Virus record (IMG/VR): IMGVR_UViG_3300025858_000019
Location: 15,828 to 79,827 of that record
Source of the DNA: a virus
Lineage: Duplodnaviria; Caudoviricetes
Reading direction: 5' to 3' (one strand)
Length of the DNA stretch: 64,000 nt
Shown here: positions 28,427 to 41,000 of the stretch, piece by piece
How the letters are laid out: each line of letters starts with the position of its first letter
Position numbering within the stretch: the stretch's first letter is position 1
The notes under the pieces: model-generated
What the model saw: only the letters and a program-made list of their open reading frames with translations
What the model was told of the DNA's origin: nothing
Database searches by the model: none
Translations under genes and position numbers: made by a program

Positions 28427-30013
28427 ATGGCACTATTCAGAAATTTACAAAACAAACTAGGTCCGGAAGATCCTCCAAAGGAACCTTTATATGGTGGATT
28501 TCCAATATCACAATTTATCCCAGTAAAATCAGGGTATAAAGACCAGTATATGTATAAGAATCCGCGATATATTGGAAAAGGTAACAGGACTGTCGATAAT
28601 TTAAATGATCCAAGTTTGGATGAATATATTACACCAGACTCACAGGAATTTGCAGCCCTTGACAGATTGCATTCTGAATGGAATAGGTATCAAAAAATAA
28701 ATGCAAAACCAAATACAAGTTCTGTAGCAACACCTGCTGATAATGGGGGGCAAAAACTTTTGAACTATTTTACCAATGCAGCAATGGGAGGTAATGCGGG
28801 AACTTTGACAAGTGCTGTAACGTCTACAAACAACCTTGCCCCCGTAGTTGGTAGTAAACCATTAGTAACCGGTAGTGCCCCTGTTACAACAACTTCTGTT
28901 GCTTCTGGTGGCACTAAGACAAAGAAAAAACCATTGGCACAGACAAAGAATAATGCTATTGCCGAGGATTTTAATTCTGAGATGTTGAGGAATCCTAATG
29001 CTACACAATATGGATGGAATGAGAATGGTATAACAGAAAATACACCCATTCCTATTGAAGAAGAAAAGCAAGTTCCTTTAGCACCATATATAAATCTTAA
29101 TGAAAATGGAGAAGTGGTAAATGTCCCACAAGAAACAAAATTAGAAAGTGGTGTTATTATTCCCAAGGGTAATTATTCAAAAGAAGGAATAAGGGACATT
29201 GTTGCAAATCAAGCAGAAAATGGAATAGGCGATGTTGCTGCTCAGATAACGGAGCCAGAAGTTATAAATACTAAGTCAGATTTAGAACTTGCTATTGACG
29301 ATCTTTTAAAGTCTTCAAATCAAATGAATAAGGACAAGAAGATTGCTCTTGCCGGGAAATATGGTAAAGATAGTCTTATGACAATGCTGGAATTCATCCG
29401 TAATGAAAAGCAAAAACTTCCAGAAGATGTTCCTACTCCTGTCATGAGAACTCCCGATCTTATCGACACTACCAATGCAGACCAGGTTATGTTACGAAAA
29501 AAAGAAGCCGAAGGTATCTCGGCCATAAGAGAGATGTCTAATGTCACAGGAAATAGAGAGATGGTAGGCGCCGCGTCAGCATCATTGAATAGTGATGTCA
29601 TGAACAACGTCATTACCCTTGCTAAGCAGAAACAGGCAAACATGAACACTCAAAGAACAATAGAAACTGATATTTTGAATAAAAATAACCTTGCTGCATC
29701 CGAAACAAAAAAACTCAATCTGGAGAGAATAGGTATTGCCAATGACAAAACAGGAGCCACTCGTTCACAACTTTTAAGTCAGTTTGGAAAGATGGACACT
29801 GACTATATGGTAAACAAGTTCAAATTAAGAGGACAGGAACAAAATCAAAAGGTATTCAAACTTTTACTTGACCAATATCGCGCGCATGCAGGAGAGAAAG
29901 CCTATCTCGATCTTATAGCTCAATGGGTTTTAGATGGAAAAATATCTGAAAGGACAACCGTAGTACCAAATTCTGCAGCAGCGCAGGAAAAACAAGATGG
30001 AGGAGGAAATTAA
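28427..30013 (+). CDS. ejected cargo protein candidate
   Basis: 528 aa, low-complexity N-half (T/S/A/P), helical Q/N/K-rich C-half; lies in the cargo block. Confidence 0.55.
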   Translation: MALFRNLQNKLGPEDPPKEPLYGGFPISQFIPVKSGYKDQYMYKNPRYIGKGNRTVDNLNDPSLDEYITPDSQEFAALDRLHSEWNRYQKINAKPNTSSVATPADNGGQKLLNYFTNAAMGGNAGTLTSAVTSTNNLAPVVGSKPLVTGSAPVTTTSVASGGTKTKKKPLAQTKNNAIAEDFNSEMLRNPNATQYGWNENGITENTPIPIEEEKQVPLAPYINLNENGEVVNVPQETKLESGVIIPKGNYSKEGIRDIVANQAENGIGDVAAQITEPEVINTKSDLELAIDDLLKSSNQMNKDKKIALAGKYGKDSLMTMLEFIRNEKQKLPEDVPTPVMRTPDLIDTTNADQVMLRKKEAEGISAIREMSNVTGNREMVGAASASLNSDVMNNVITLAKQKQANMNTQRTIETDILNKNNLAASETKKLNLERIGIANDKTGATRSQLLSQFGKMDTDYMVNKFKLRGQEQNQKVFKLLLDQYRAHAGEKAYLDLIAQWVLDGKISERTTVVPNSAAAQEKQDGGGN

Positions 30014-30014
30014 T

Positions 30015-32054
30015 ATGGGATTATTTAGTGGTACAAAGGGTGGTATGCCCGAAATTTCAACCTATATCTATTCTCCGGTGGAGATGCCGGAAGATAACTC
30101 TTTAGGTATATTGGCTACTATGTTATATAATAGTGGCAAAGAAGAAGCGAAAACAAAATCAAAGTCTTCAAAAGATGATGATGGTATAAAAAAGATCCCG
30201 GCCCTTCAAGCGTCGGGTGATCGTTTTGTCGCAGAACGTAATGCCTTACAACAAGAGAAAAATGCTCTTATCAGTAAGACAAAGGCTATATTCGAAAAGT
30301 ATGGCTCCAATCCGAAAGCATTCCTCAATTCTAAAGAAGGTATAGAATTTCAGAGACAGGCTACCTATCTTACTTTGAAAGAACGTGCTTATGATAATAA
30401 CGTTCCCAGGTTGACACAGGAGTTACAACAGTGGAAAGCTACTGAAAAGAAAATGGAAGATTCTGATGAGGGTGACCGCGTAGCACTGGACAACAAATTC
30501 AATCCTATGGGTACTAAATATAATAAAGGAGAAGCTCAGATAGGTATCGATGGCTATATCCCAACCAACAAAGAATATCTCAGCTATCTCGACACTCGGC
30601 CCGGGAACTATAATGAAGATGGTTATGTCGTCAGGGCTATGCCTACTATCACAAAAGATGATGGAGAATGGGAGAAGTTTCTTAGCGAACAAGGTAAGAT
30701 AGCTCAGAACTCAATGAATGAAGGTGCCGGGCGTAATGTCTCCATGAATGGAACAGGAGCCGGAGTATTACTAGACGATAAAGGTAATCCTACTGATGAT
30801 TACAAATCGGCAAGTATTGGTTCGACATATAACTACTTAAGAACTTCAAAGGTAGGTGGCAATAATCAGGCTGTCAATACCATTTTAAAAGAATATCAGG
30901 ACAAGATGCCTGACAAAGCCCGTAGAGACCTTATGAAACAATTTTGGGGTGATGTCAAATCAGGAAGACTTAATGAAGACCTTATGATGGATAAGAGTGG
31001 AAGAGTGGTAGATAGAGGTGGAGATTATGTCTATACTGAAGACGAACGACAGGCTTTAAAAGATATGCGTGCTGGCTCTCCTTATGTCGATATGGGAGTT
31101 ATTGAAGGAATAAAAAATCGTTATACTCATCTTAGGGTATTTAAAGACCTTGACCTTTACAGAAAGTCAACCTATGATCCTTATTTTCTTAATGCAGGTT
31201 CTCCGGGAGATTATAAAGAAAAATATCCAGAACAGTCTTGGCAAGAGACAGCAGCTGATCCCGCATTTATTCAAACAGCTGGTCAAAAAATTGAAAAGGC
31301 TATGGTAATACAAAAAAGTGGGAAATATGTTACTCAACCAACAGATGTATGGTTAAATTATATTCCATTATTATTACAAGAAGGATTCAAAAATAAATAT
31401 TTCAGAGATAATAAAGGTGTTGCTACCGTTGATTTGATGAATTATATTACTCATGGTTCTTTAATTGGAGGAGAGCAAATTATTAATGGCAATGAAATAT
31501 CAGAACTTAATGCAGATAGTGACTTAAAATCACTGCCTGTTTTAGATTTTCTTGGTTTTGCCGCAGCGCCTGTTGTAAAAAGAGACCAAAAGACAGGAGA
31601 TTTTACACGTCAGATAATACCATGGACTACAAAAAATGGACAAACAGTTGCAAATACAGATTCCTATATGATGTTTAATGTCTTTGTAAAAGATCTTGAT
31701 GAAATACCAGCAATTATTGCTAAGAATGAAAATAGTATTAAAGGCAATATGGCATGGAGAGGAGATGATCAGAATAATGAAGAATATTGGAAAGGAAAGT
31801 CAAAAACTGTAAAACCATATACTTATACTTATGAAACAGCTAAAGGTAAAATAGAAACAGTAAAAGGTTGGTCTGTTGAATGGTGGATACCCACACCATC
31901 ATCACAAGCTTTAAACGGAACATCTGAATCAACATTCAATGTTGCTAAGGGCAATATGGATGACCTAAACATGTTGATGAATAATTTAATAAAAGAGTCT
32001 GAAAGTTATAATAATGCTCAAGCAGCATTTTCAAATCCAAAAAATAAATTATAA
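30015..32054 (+). CDS. ejected cargo protein candidate
   Basis: Likely start ATG 30015 (track ORF 29997); coiled-coil N-half; directly upstream of the giant RNAP gene. Confidence 0.55.
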   Translation: MGLFSGTKGGMPEISTYIYSPVEMPEDNSLGILATMLYNSGKEEAKTKSKSSKDDDGIKKIPALQASGDRFVAERNALQQEKNALISKTKAIFEKYGSNPKAFLNSKEGIEFQRQATYLTLKERAYDNNVPRLTQELQQWKATEKKMEDSDEGDRVALDNKFNPMGTKYNKGEAQIGIDGYIPTNKEYLSYLDTRPGNYNEDGYVVRAMPTITKDDGEWEKFLSEQGKIAQNSMNEGAGRNVSMNGTGAGVLLDDKGNPTDDYKSASIGSTYNYLRTSKVGGNNQAVNTILKEYQDKMPDKARRDLMKQFWGDVKSGRLNEDLMMDKSGRVVDRGGDYVYTEDERQALKDMRAGSPYVDMGVIEGIKNRYTHLRVFKDLDLYRKSTYDPYFLNAGSPGDYKEKYPEQSWQETAADPAFIQTAGQKIEKAMVIQKSGKYVTQPTDVWLNYIPLLLQEGFKNKYFRDNKGVATVDLMNYITHGSLIGGEQIINGNEISELNADSDLKSLPVLDFLGFAAAPVVKRDQKTGDFTRQIIPWTTKNGQTVANTDSYMMFNVFVKDLDEIPAIIAKNENSIKGNMAWRGDDQNNEEYWKGKSKTVKPYTYTYETAKGKIETVKGWSVEWWIPTPSSQALNGTSESTFNVAKGNMDDLNMLMNNLIKESESYNNAQAAFSNPKNKL

Positions 32055-32056
32055 TA

Positions 32057-35000
32057 ATGGAAGATAACACACCAAAAGGAAACGAACCTAAGTATTACGA
32101 TATGATAGGTTTGTCAGGAGATGGACTGACAGTACAAGATATTGCCAAAAATCTAAAAGGAAATGAATTTGTAAAGTTAAGGCCTATATCAGAATATACA
32201 AAACCAGCCAATGTCGATGATAATACATGGCAAACTATTTATGATAGTTACCAAGACCAGGCTAATTTTATCAACTACAACAAGAATGTAGCACATCAGG
32301 AAAAGACCTATTGGGATAAAAAGAATGAAGCCAGAGGATGGGCTCAATATCTTCCTAAATCAGTATTATATCCTACCAATGAGCGTGATAATTTTTATAC
32401 TTCAGCATATGAAGGTCATAAGCCTATTCTTTCTCAGGATGATATGGCTACCTTTTCCGGTAAATATTATACCTACAATCCGGTACAGGAACAATTAGAA
32501 CCTCATGATCTTACATGGACAGAACGATTTATAAAACCTATCCTTGGAGATAAGCTTGTTATAAAACATGATGATGCCGGCAATCCTTTTGTTCTTAAAA
32601 CATCGGCAACCGACTTCTTGCAGGGAGACAATATGTTGAGTATTTGGGGTAATCAAGATCTCTACAATGAATCATGGCTAGCTCCCGTGTATAAGTTTTT
32701 CAGCGGAGCTCTCTTTAATTCCGGACAAGCATTTCATCAGATGTCTCAGATATCAGGAATGCTTACTAACAAGGTTCTTGCTCCTTTGATGGAGATGGGA
32801 TTAAATATAGAAGGTGCCAATGATAAGACAAAGCAAAAAATATTAGGCAACTATGGTTCTAAGACTATGCCAGAATCAACAAGAGGTATCTTTAATATTA
32901 GTGGTGATCATGCTGAAGGAACACAACAGCATTTTCTGTCAGAAGGTACTAAGAAAGGTATGCTTGATGCTTTGCCGGCCTGGGATAACTATTGGGTAAA
33001 CTTTTGGGAACAGCTAAAGTATGAGGCTTCAGAAGATACAGAACAAAAAGGCTGGTGGGGATCTGGGTGGTCTTTTACAAACAACATGGCCGGAATGATC
33101 GGTGAGATGGTACCTCAGATGGTAGCAGCATTCTTTACCGGTGGTGGTAGCGCTGTAGCAACGGTAGGAGCAAAGCAACTTGTAAAAGAAGGCGTGGAGC
33201 AAGGGATTAAAGCTGGAGTTAAAAAAGGTGCTGCGTCATGGTTATACAAGGAGATGCTTAAGGCTCCTTCTATGGCAATAGGAACAATGCAGGCTGTTAA
33301 TGGTGTAGTACGTTCAGCACATCAGAATGGACTATCTCCAGACGATGCAGCTATTGTCGGTGGCTTGTCAATACCTATGGTATATGCTAGTGAATCTTTA
33401 TTAGGTTCAAAATATTTAGAAGCTGTCATGGGTAGAGAATTTGGCGCTGTGGCTACAGCTAGTGTCGTCAAGAACTTTGGCAAGGCTACTACAGGAAGTA
33501 TGAATGAGAAGATCGTTAGTGAGGGTATGAAGAAATCTATAGCTGAGATGGGTATTGATAATGTGAAAGCTATGCTAAAGACAGACAAAGGAACGACGAT
33601 GTTTATGTCCAGGCTATCAAAAAATATCTCTACAGTCATTGGCAATCGTTTCGTCAAAGGTTCTCTTTATGAAGGTGCTCAGGAAGCCACAGAAGAGACT
33701 GGTTATGGAATGGTGGAAGTACTCTATGATAAGTGGATGGCTGACAAAGATGCTGTCCCGGGACAAGGGAAATATGGTACACGTATCTTCTCGGAAGAAT
33801 TTGGCTCACGACTGTTGGATAATTTTGCTGCCGGAGCTATCGGTGGAGGTTTTTTCTCGGCTATGGGAGTTGGCAAAGACCAGATAGCAGACTATAAACT
33901 GAAGAAGAAATATGGTAAGAACTTCAAGACACTGGAACAGAAAGCCAAAGATGAATATGTTGACAGCGCTATCTTTGGAAATCAGTTTGACATTTTAAAA
34001 GAGAATGCTATCTTCGGCTGGCACAAAGGACTGAGTAAAGATGCTTTTGAGACTTTGGATAAACCAGTAGTTATTCCAGATGATAAGTTTGAATCCTGGG
34101 GCCTTAAACAAGGTACAGAGTTAAAGACTAAAGGAGATCTTTATCATTATATCTTTGCTATGAATGCAGAGACCAGAAAACAGGTGTTGGAAAACCTTCC
34201 TGTAGAACTTCGTAATCCGGAATTCACCTCAAAATATGTTGGTGCTCCGGAAGTTATCAAGGGAGCTTTTGATATTGCTACTGGTATGGCCGATGTAGCC
34301 ACCCTCATTCAAGAAATAGAACGTGATCCTGATATCTCAGAAGATAAAAAGGCAAAGAAGATTGAAGAGCTGAAACAGAATTTTGAGAACAAGAAGTCTG
34401 CTATGTCATATTTTACTGATGATTATGTCGATGCACAGGGCACTAAACATGACCATAGCAAGGCTTATTATGACCTGTTAACTACTAATGCCTTAGCTAT
34501 CGCCAATAATAAGACAAGGCTGAAAAAAACTGAAGCTGATGAGATCATTGCTGATATCAATAATAAGTCCGGAGATTTCCAGACTTTCAAAGCTGAACTT
34601 CAAAAACAGTTTGACAGCAAACAAAAAATAAGTGGCACCATTCAAGATGTCATGAGTAAATCGTCTGGTTTTATGAAGAGCCTGGGAGATATCGAATCAA
34701 TAGCAAAAGAAATTGATGATACTACTATTCAGATGAATAGACTCCCTGATGGAGATAAGAAACTTTCTTCATTGGCCGGAAAGAAAAATAAGCTTTTTAA
34801 GAAGATCTCCGGGCAGTTGTCGGCTATCGACACAAAGGTAATGGCTGAAGTAACAGCGTCATTGGGAGAACTTAACAAGATTATCGGAGAGCAAGGACTG
34901 AATAAAGAAGGTGTGGAGACAGACAATATCGTTTCCCTTTCAAATATATCCGGAACTATCGATAACATAAAAAATTCTATCCGTAGAGATTCAGAACAGA

Positions 35001-38000
35001 GTGAGGAAGATTATCTTGCATCTCCTGATATCACAGCTTTAGAAAAAAAAGGCTATCAGTCGTTATCTGAAGTTTCTAAAAACATTAGCCAGGCAGTCGG
35101 TGATCTCATCAATAATAATCCTCATGTACAGGATATCCTCACCGTTCGTTCACTAGGTCAGAAGAATTCAAAATTTATGACTACCGAAGAACAGGAGTCT
35201 CTAAAATATGCAAAAGGCAGGATAGAAGAACGCAGCGCGGCAGAAAGACCTTTCAACCTTGAAGAGATGTTGATTAAACTTATTACTCTTGGAGACAAGC
35301 TCAATGATCTGGAAGGTAAAAACTATTTAAAGTCATTCTATGAACACCTTAATAAAAATGACGAAGCACAAAAACAGCTAGAGGATATTCGAAAGGACTA
35401 TAAGAAAATCATAGAAGAATATGTCTTGCCGATAACAGAATTGGTACGTAATTATAAGACAAAGAATATCGCTCCCGGCACCCCGGAGGCTGCTTTTTTA
35501 ATGAGAGCTAAGACTTTCATTGGAGAGATCGACAACAAGCTTAATGCTCTCTATGGTCAGAATGTTAGTGATGATGCTTTATTAGAACAACAAATTGCTG
35601 ATATCTCCAACGAGATAGATAAGAATTCAAAACTCTTAAGAAGTATCGAAGCCATATCAAGCATAAAGTCAAAGAACAATGTTCCTGATGATATCATCTC
35701 TTTACATCCGGAATTGCAACTTACAGAAAATGAAAAGGATCTTCATAATGCCATACTATCATCATTCAGAAATGACCTGCAGAACTCCAGAGAATTTCAT
35801 AAGGTAAATAGTGTCACTAAATATAATCGTGAGTTTCAAAAGAAGAAGGCTGATATTATTGGACAGGTTTTAAAATTTGAACTTGCAAACCAAATGGACA
35901 ATCAGGATTTCTTTACCTACCTGATGAAAAACAAGGCTCTTTATGATATGTATGTCCGGGTTCCTGATCTTGTAAAAGACCTGGAACAAAATAAAGATGT
36001 CGACAAGATCGACGAGTATTACAATGTTATGGTGAATGTACAAGAAGCTTTTTTCCGTTATGTAAAAGAAAATGGTGGATCGAAAAAGTTAGAGGCTCTT
36101 AATGATAATGTCACCAGAAAAGTTAATGAATTTTGGTTGAGTTATCTTCAAGATAATAGGACAAACCAAAGCTATGATGTAAAAGCTACTTCACAGAACG
36201 TCATTACTCCATTCAGCAAATACGATAACTACATAAATACTATCGTTGATATTCTCCGGCCTTTAGGAGTTACTAACGCACAACAGTTATTCTTTGATGA
36301 TGCTATAATGATAAAGTATCTTGACTATATCAAAAGTGTTGGAGAGAACGACAAGGTATCAGGACTGGATTATGGGAAGCTACAACAAGGCCTTATGGTG
36401 TATATGCTCAACAGCATGCAGTCTTTCATTAATACTATGGGTACTTCTTCTTCATTAAAATATCATGACCTTATCTCCAACAAAGCTGAAGACGAATATC
36501 TTTCCTATACACAGAATATGGTAATGCGTCATGTCTATAGCGTACTTGATGGAGATAAAGCCTATTATAGTGGTGATTATCCATTGGAAAATAAGAGCAT
36601 GTCGGTTCCTATGGCCCAGGGATTTCCTCATGTAGATCCTAATACACAAGATATCGACGCTAGAAGATGGCATAAGCAGCCTAATAATACCAATAGTGAT
36701 GAGATAAAGTTCATGAATGGTATTCTGATACCCGGTCCTGCAGGAACAGGGAAGTCATTTTTGTTAAGTAAGATTGTGAGAATGATAAGGAAGATGGCGA
36801 CGGCTAAACAAAATCGTATTCTCATTATTGCTCCAACTAATGAGATGGCTGAAGGTATCTATGCAGGTTCAAAAAATGCTAACGAGACAGAGAAGGATAA
36901 ACTTATTCCTGACTTCATGACATTGAATGAGCTTTATGAAAAAGGTGTCTCAAAACAGTATGACTATATTATTATCGATGAGGTGGCCCGCTATCGTGAA
37001 GATAAAAAACTTGTCTTTGCGGAATATGTCTATGCTAATCCCAACACAAAATTTATATTCACCGGTGATGTCTTCCAGGCAACAGATCCTACCAGTGAAG
37101 AGTTTAAAAAGAAAGATGAGATGAGTGTCGTTCCCCAGGAATGGGTGCCTCATACAACACCTATCGATGAATCATTCAGAACTGATATTGATCAGGTGCA
37201 TAACTATCTGAATATGCTCTATCGTTCTTTTACTCCTACCATATCTGTTTCATTAAAACCTATCACTACTTATCATGACAGTTCAAATAGTATGGGTGTT
37301 CGTCAATATGCCAGCCCTCAGATTATCATAGAGAATTGGAGAAAAGATTCAGAAGAAAGCGTTTTGATATTCTCTAGTCGTAGTGAAGCATTTGAGTTTT
37401 ATAAAAACAATCCAGAACTGTCTCCGGCCAGCTTGAGAAATATTAGGTTTATCTATGCCATTGATAAAGATGGTGTCGAAGAAGAACTTAATGATCCTAA
37501 AAATGCTGGACAGTTTAAAGAGTTTGACAATAAGACTATACAGGGTGAACAAAAGGATAATGTCTATGTGGCAATAGAAAAACCCGAGACAATGATGGAG
37601 TTAAGCATATTCTATACAGCAGCTTCCCGGGCAAAAAGGTTTATCGCGGTACCTGGCAATAAGTCTGTTGAAGATGCAACATCTATCATTGACTATGCTG
37701 ATAATAACTCTTCTGGTAAGAAGACAGAAGCTGAACAGGGAGATATTATGGCAGAGCGGTTTAATAAGATGCTCCTTAGCATTGAAGACCTTAATAATAC
37801 AAGTAAGGTTATCGCCAAGCCGAAAGAAAAAGCTGAACCTAAACAAGAAACTCCAGAAACTCAACAGGAAGAAACTGAAGCTGAAGAAGAAAAAACAGAA
37901 CCTGTCAAGGTCGAAAAAAAGGTCAAAGAGCCTAAAAAGAATAAAGGTGTAAAAATTATCAAGGGTGATGAGATTGTGAATATTTCAGAATCTGTTATTG

Positions 38001-41000
38001 ATAAAAATGAAGATGCTAGTGAAATAGAACAGCCTACTGCTAAAGTTCCTGGTGACAATACAGCATTAAGATTTGCTGATGGACAGGCAACGCTAGGAGG
38101 TTTTGTTATTCCTTATGACGCAAAATTTGTAGGTAAGACTGGTGACCAGATATTGGGTACTCAGGAATATAAAAACCTGGCTGCTGAACGATATAATAAA
38201 TTAAAACAACATCTTCTTAATCCCAATGAAAATTTAAAGTTTGTCTTGAAAGATGCTGATATGATGGAGCTTGATCCAGAGACTCAGACATACAAGAGAA
38301 ACAAAAAAATGAAGATGTTGGTTCTCACCGATGGACTCATAGATTATGCAATCTATTATCAGCCGGTGCTAAAAGATGAAAATACTATTGATGATCTTAC
38401 CAAAGAAAATAAAGGAAAGATTATCAAAAAATATACAAAAGATGATAGTCCTAACTTTAAGGCTTTAAATGAGTGGAATGTTCACCTTGCCTCTATGTGG
38501 ACAGATCAGTCAGTGAAGATAAGAAGTATTGAATATGGCCGCCCAAATGTAAGGTATGAGTATACTATTGAAGAGGATAAGAAAAAATACACTACACGTT
38601 TTTTCTCTGAATTAATGGATGAGGTTTCTGGAAAGAATTTGCATGTTCTAATCCAGGATAATAGCTTCAAACTTCTCAGTAAAGGAAACTACGAAAAAGC
38701 GCTTATTAAAAAGGATATCATTAATGGATTTCCACATACCTTTATCACTATCAGGGATGTTGTTACAAACAAAACTTCTATTGTTGATGTTACTAATCGA
38801 ACAGTTACGAATAGTGATTTAAAAGGATATCTTACAGCATTATCCCAGGTAACGAAATTATCCGAACTTAATGAATCACAAGCTTTCCAATTTATATTAC
38901 AGAATGCAAAAAGGATAAGAAACTTTTATGGAGAAAAATTTTTCAAGGATCATTTTGATATTAAGTCTACCAGTACAGCTACTTATGTGTTCATTAAGTC
39001 AGAAACAAAATCTCCGGAAGAGCAGTTAGTTGAAAAGATAGGTCATATAAAACAGATCTTTCAATATATTTCTAAGGATTTAGATAAGCAACGTGCTTTA
39101 TTTGTTCCTTTCAGAGTTGACCAAAGAGGAGAGAAAGTTATTGATACTGACATTAATAAATTCCTTACCCGGAGTACTTCTATAGAACAACCCAATATTT
39201 ATGTGTCATTTCAAGATAATATTAAACAGGAGCCAAAATCAAAAGGATTAAGCAGTGTTCCTTTTATGAATAAAAGAGAAGACACAAAAATAGTCTATGA
39301 CCTGCAGGCACAGAAAGATTATTATGAGAGGGTTTTCGGAAAGCAGTCAGTAGCAAAAGAACGTTTTTCTATATCATCAAAAAATATCTTGTCTTTAGTC
39401 AATGCTGACGAAAGAGTAGATGAGCTTATTGCCAATGGTGAAGTAGTTCGTGATGGAGATTCTTATGCCTATGATGGAAAGAAATATACCAAAGAGGAAC
39501 TTCAACAGCAGTTCTATGTCAACCTTGATGAAACATATATGGGCCTTGTGAGAGGTCTTTCTACTTATCTGCAAGAGATCGATGGTGGTATAGCTAAAAA
39601 TGCTACTAAACATGAGGCGGTACATATTGCCTTTAACCTTTTGAATAAAAAAGAACGTGGCTATCTTCTCCGGGAAGCAAAAGCACAGATGCATGCTGAT
39701 GAAGGTATCGATGTTAATAATATCAGCAATTACGACGCAGAAGAATATATTGCTGAACTAAATGAAGGTAGGAAGAAGATTATCAATACCAAAGTAAAGT
39801 CAGCAAATATTGTCACACGAATATTAAACTGGCTAAAAAACTTGTTTGATGCAGTTCGGAATTATTACTATACTCCTGTTACTTTCCTTAATGATCTCAA
39901 TGAGGGTAAATTTATAAATCGTTACAACGACCTTCTGGCTATTCAGAACAATGAGGTTCATGGGATGGGCGACAGGATTCCTTTTACAAAAGAGATGCTG
40001 GATGCTTCTGGATATATCCCGGCTGTCACTACAAAGAAAAAAGGTATGCTTAACACTACTGAATTAGTTAGAGAGTTGGGTGGTACTACCATATTAAATC
40101 ATGTCCGGGCACAAATAGCTCGTAAAATGCGTAGCTATTCTGCATATAGTACCATAAAGGATATCAATGAAAGTCCTTATCAGGATCTGAATATCACTCA
40201 ATCTATCAATGCAGCACGTACAGAATTGAATATCCAATTAGAAGAGATGATCCTTTTAGGAGAACGTTCCGGAGCCAAATTGTTTACAAAAGATGGCGAT
40301 CGTATCGTATATCATAAAATTCGTGACTATGAAAACATTATTGTTCCGGAAGGAGAAACAGAAGAGAAATTCAAAAACACTCTCTTGACCTATCAGGCAG
40401 TACATAAGACTATCAATAATGATAGGATAATGAAATCTGTTCTCCATACATTAAACATAAAATATGATACGAATGAGAACTCCCAGCGTGAGGCTTTTGC
40501 AGGTTTTAACTGGAGTAGTACCATGGAACAGTACAAATACATGGATCCAGACCTTAAAACATTAATGACTACTATTCCCTATTATACATGGAGAGTAAGC
40601 AAAGATGGTGTCATTAGTATTAATGAGAATGATTCCATGAATTATCATTATGACTTTGCAAGGATGATGGATGTTAATGTCCTCAATAATGCTTTGTTGT
40701 CTGTCGCTAAAGATACCATTGAAATTATGCAGAATACCCCGGGAAAATTTATGGATATTTTCTTTGAAGTGTTATTGGATAAAATAGCTTTAAGTACTAT
40801 CAAGGGAGAAGTAGTTACTGATGTGACACCAAATATATTACTTTCTTTTTATAATGATTTTGGCCGTTCCTATTTAGAAGATAGGAATCATGTTGGACTA
40901 CATAATATCTTATCTGTAATACAGAACAAATTTGATACTGCCAAGATAGTTTCTGAAATAGAAAAGAAGCGTTTTTATATAATAAAAAATATGATCACGT

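Noticed and set aside
37800-37950. E/K/P-rich stretch in the polyprotein as a possible repeat element
   Set aside because: It is low-complexity linker sequence with no discrete repeat unit.
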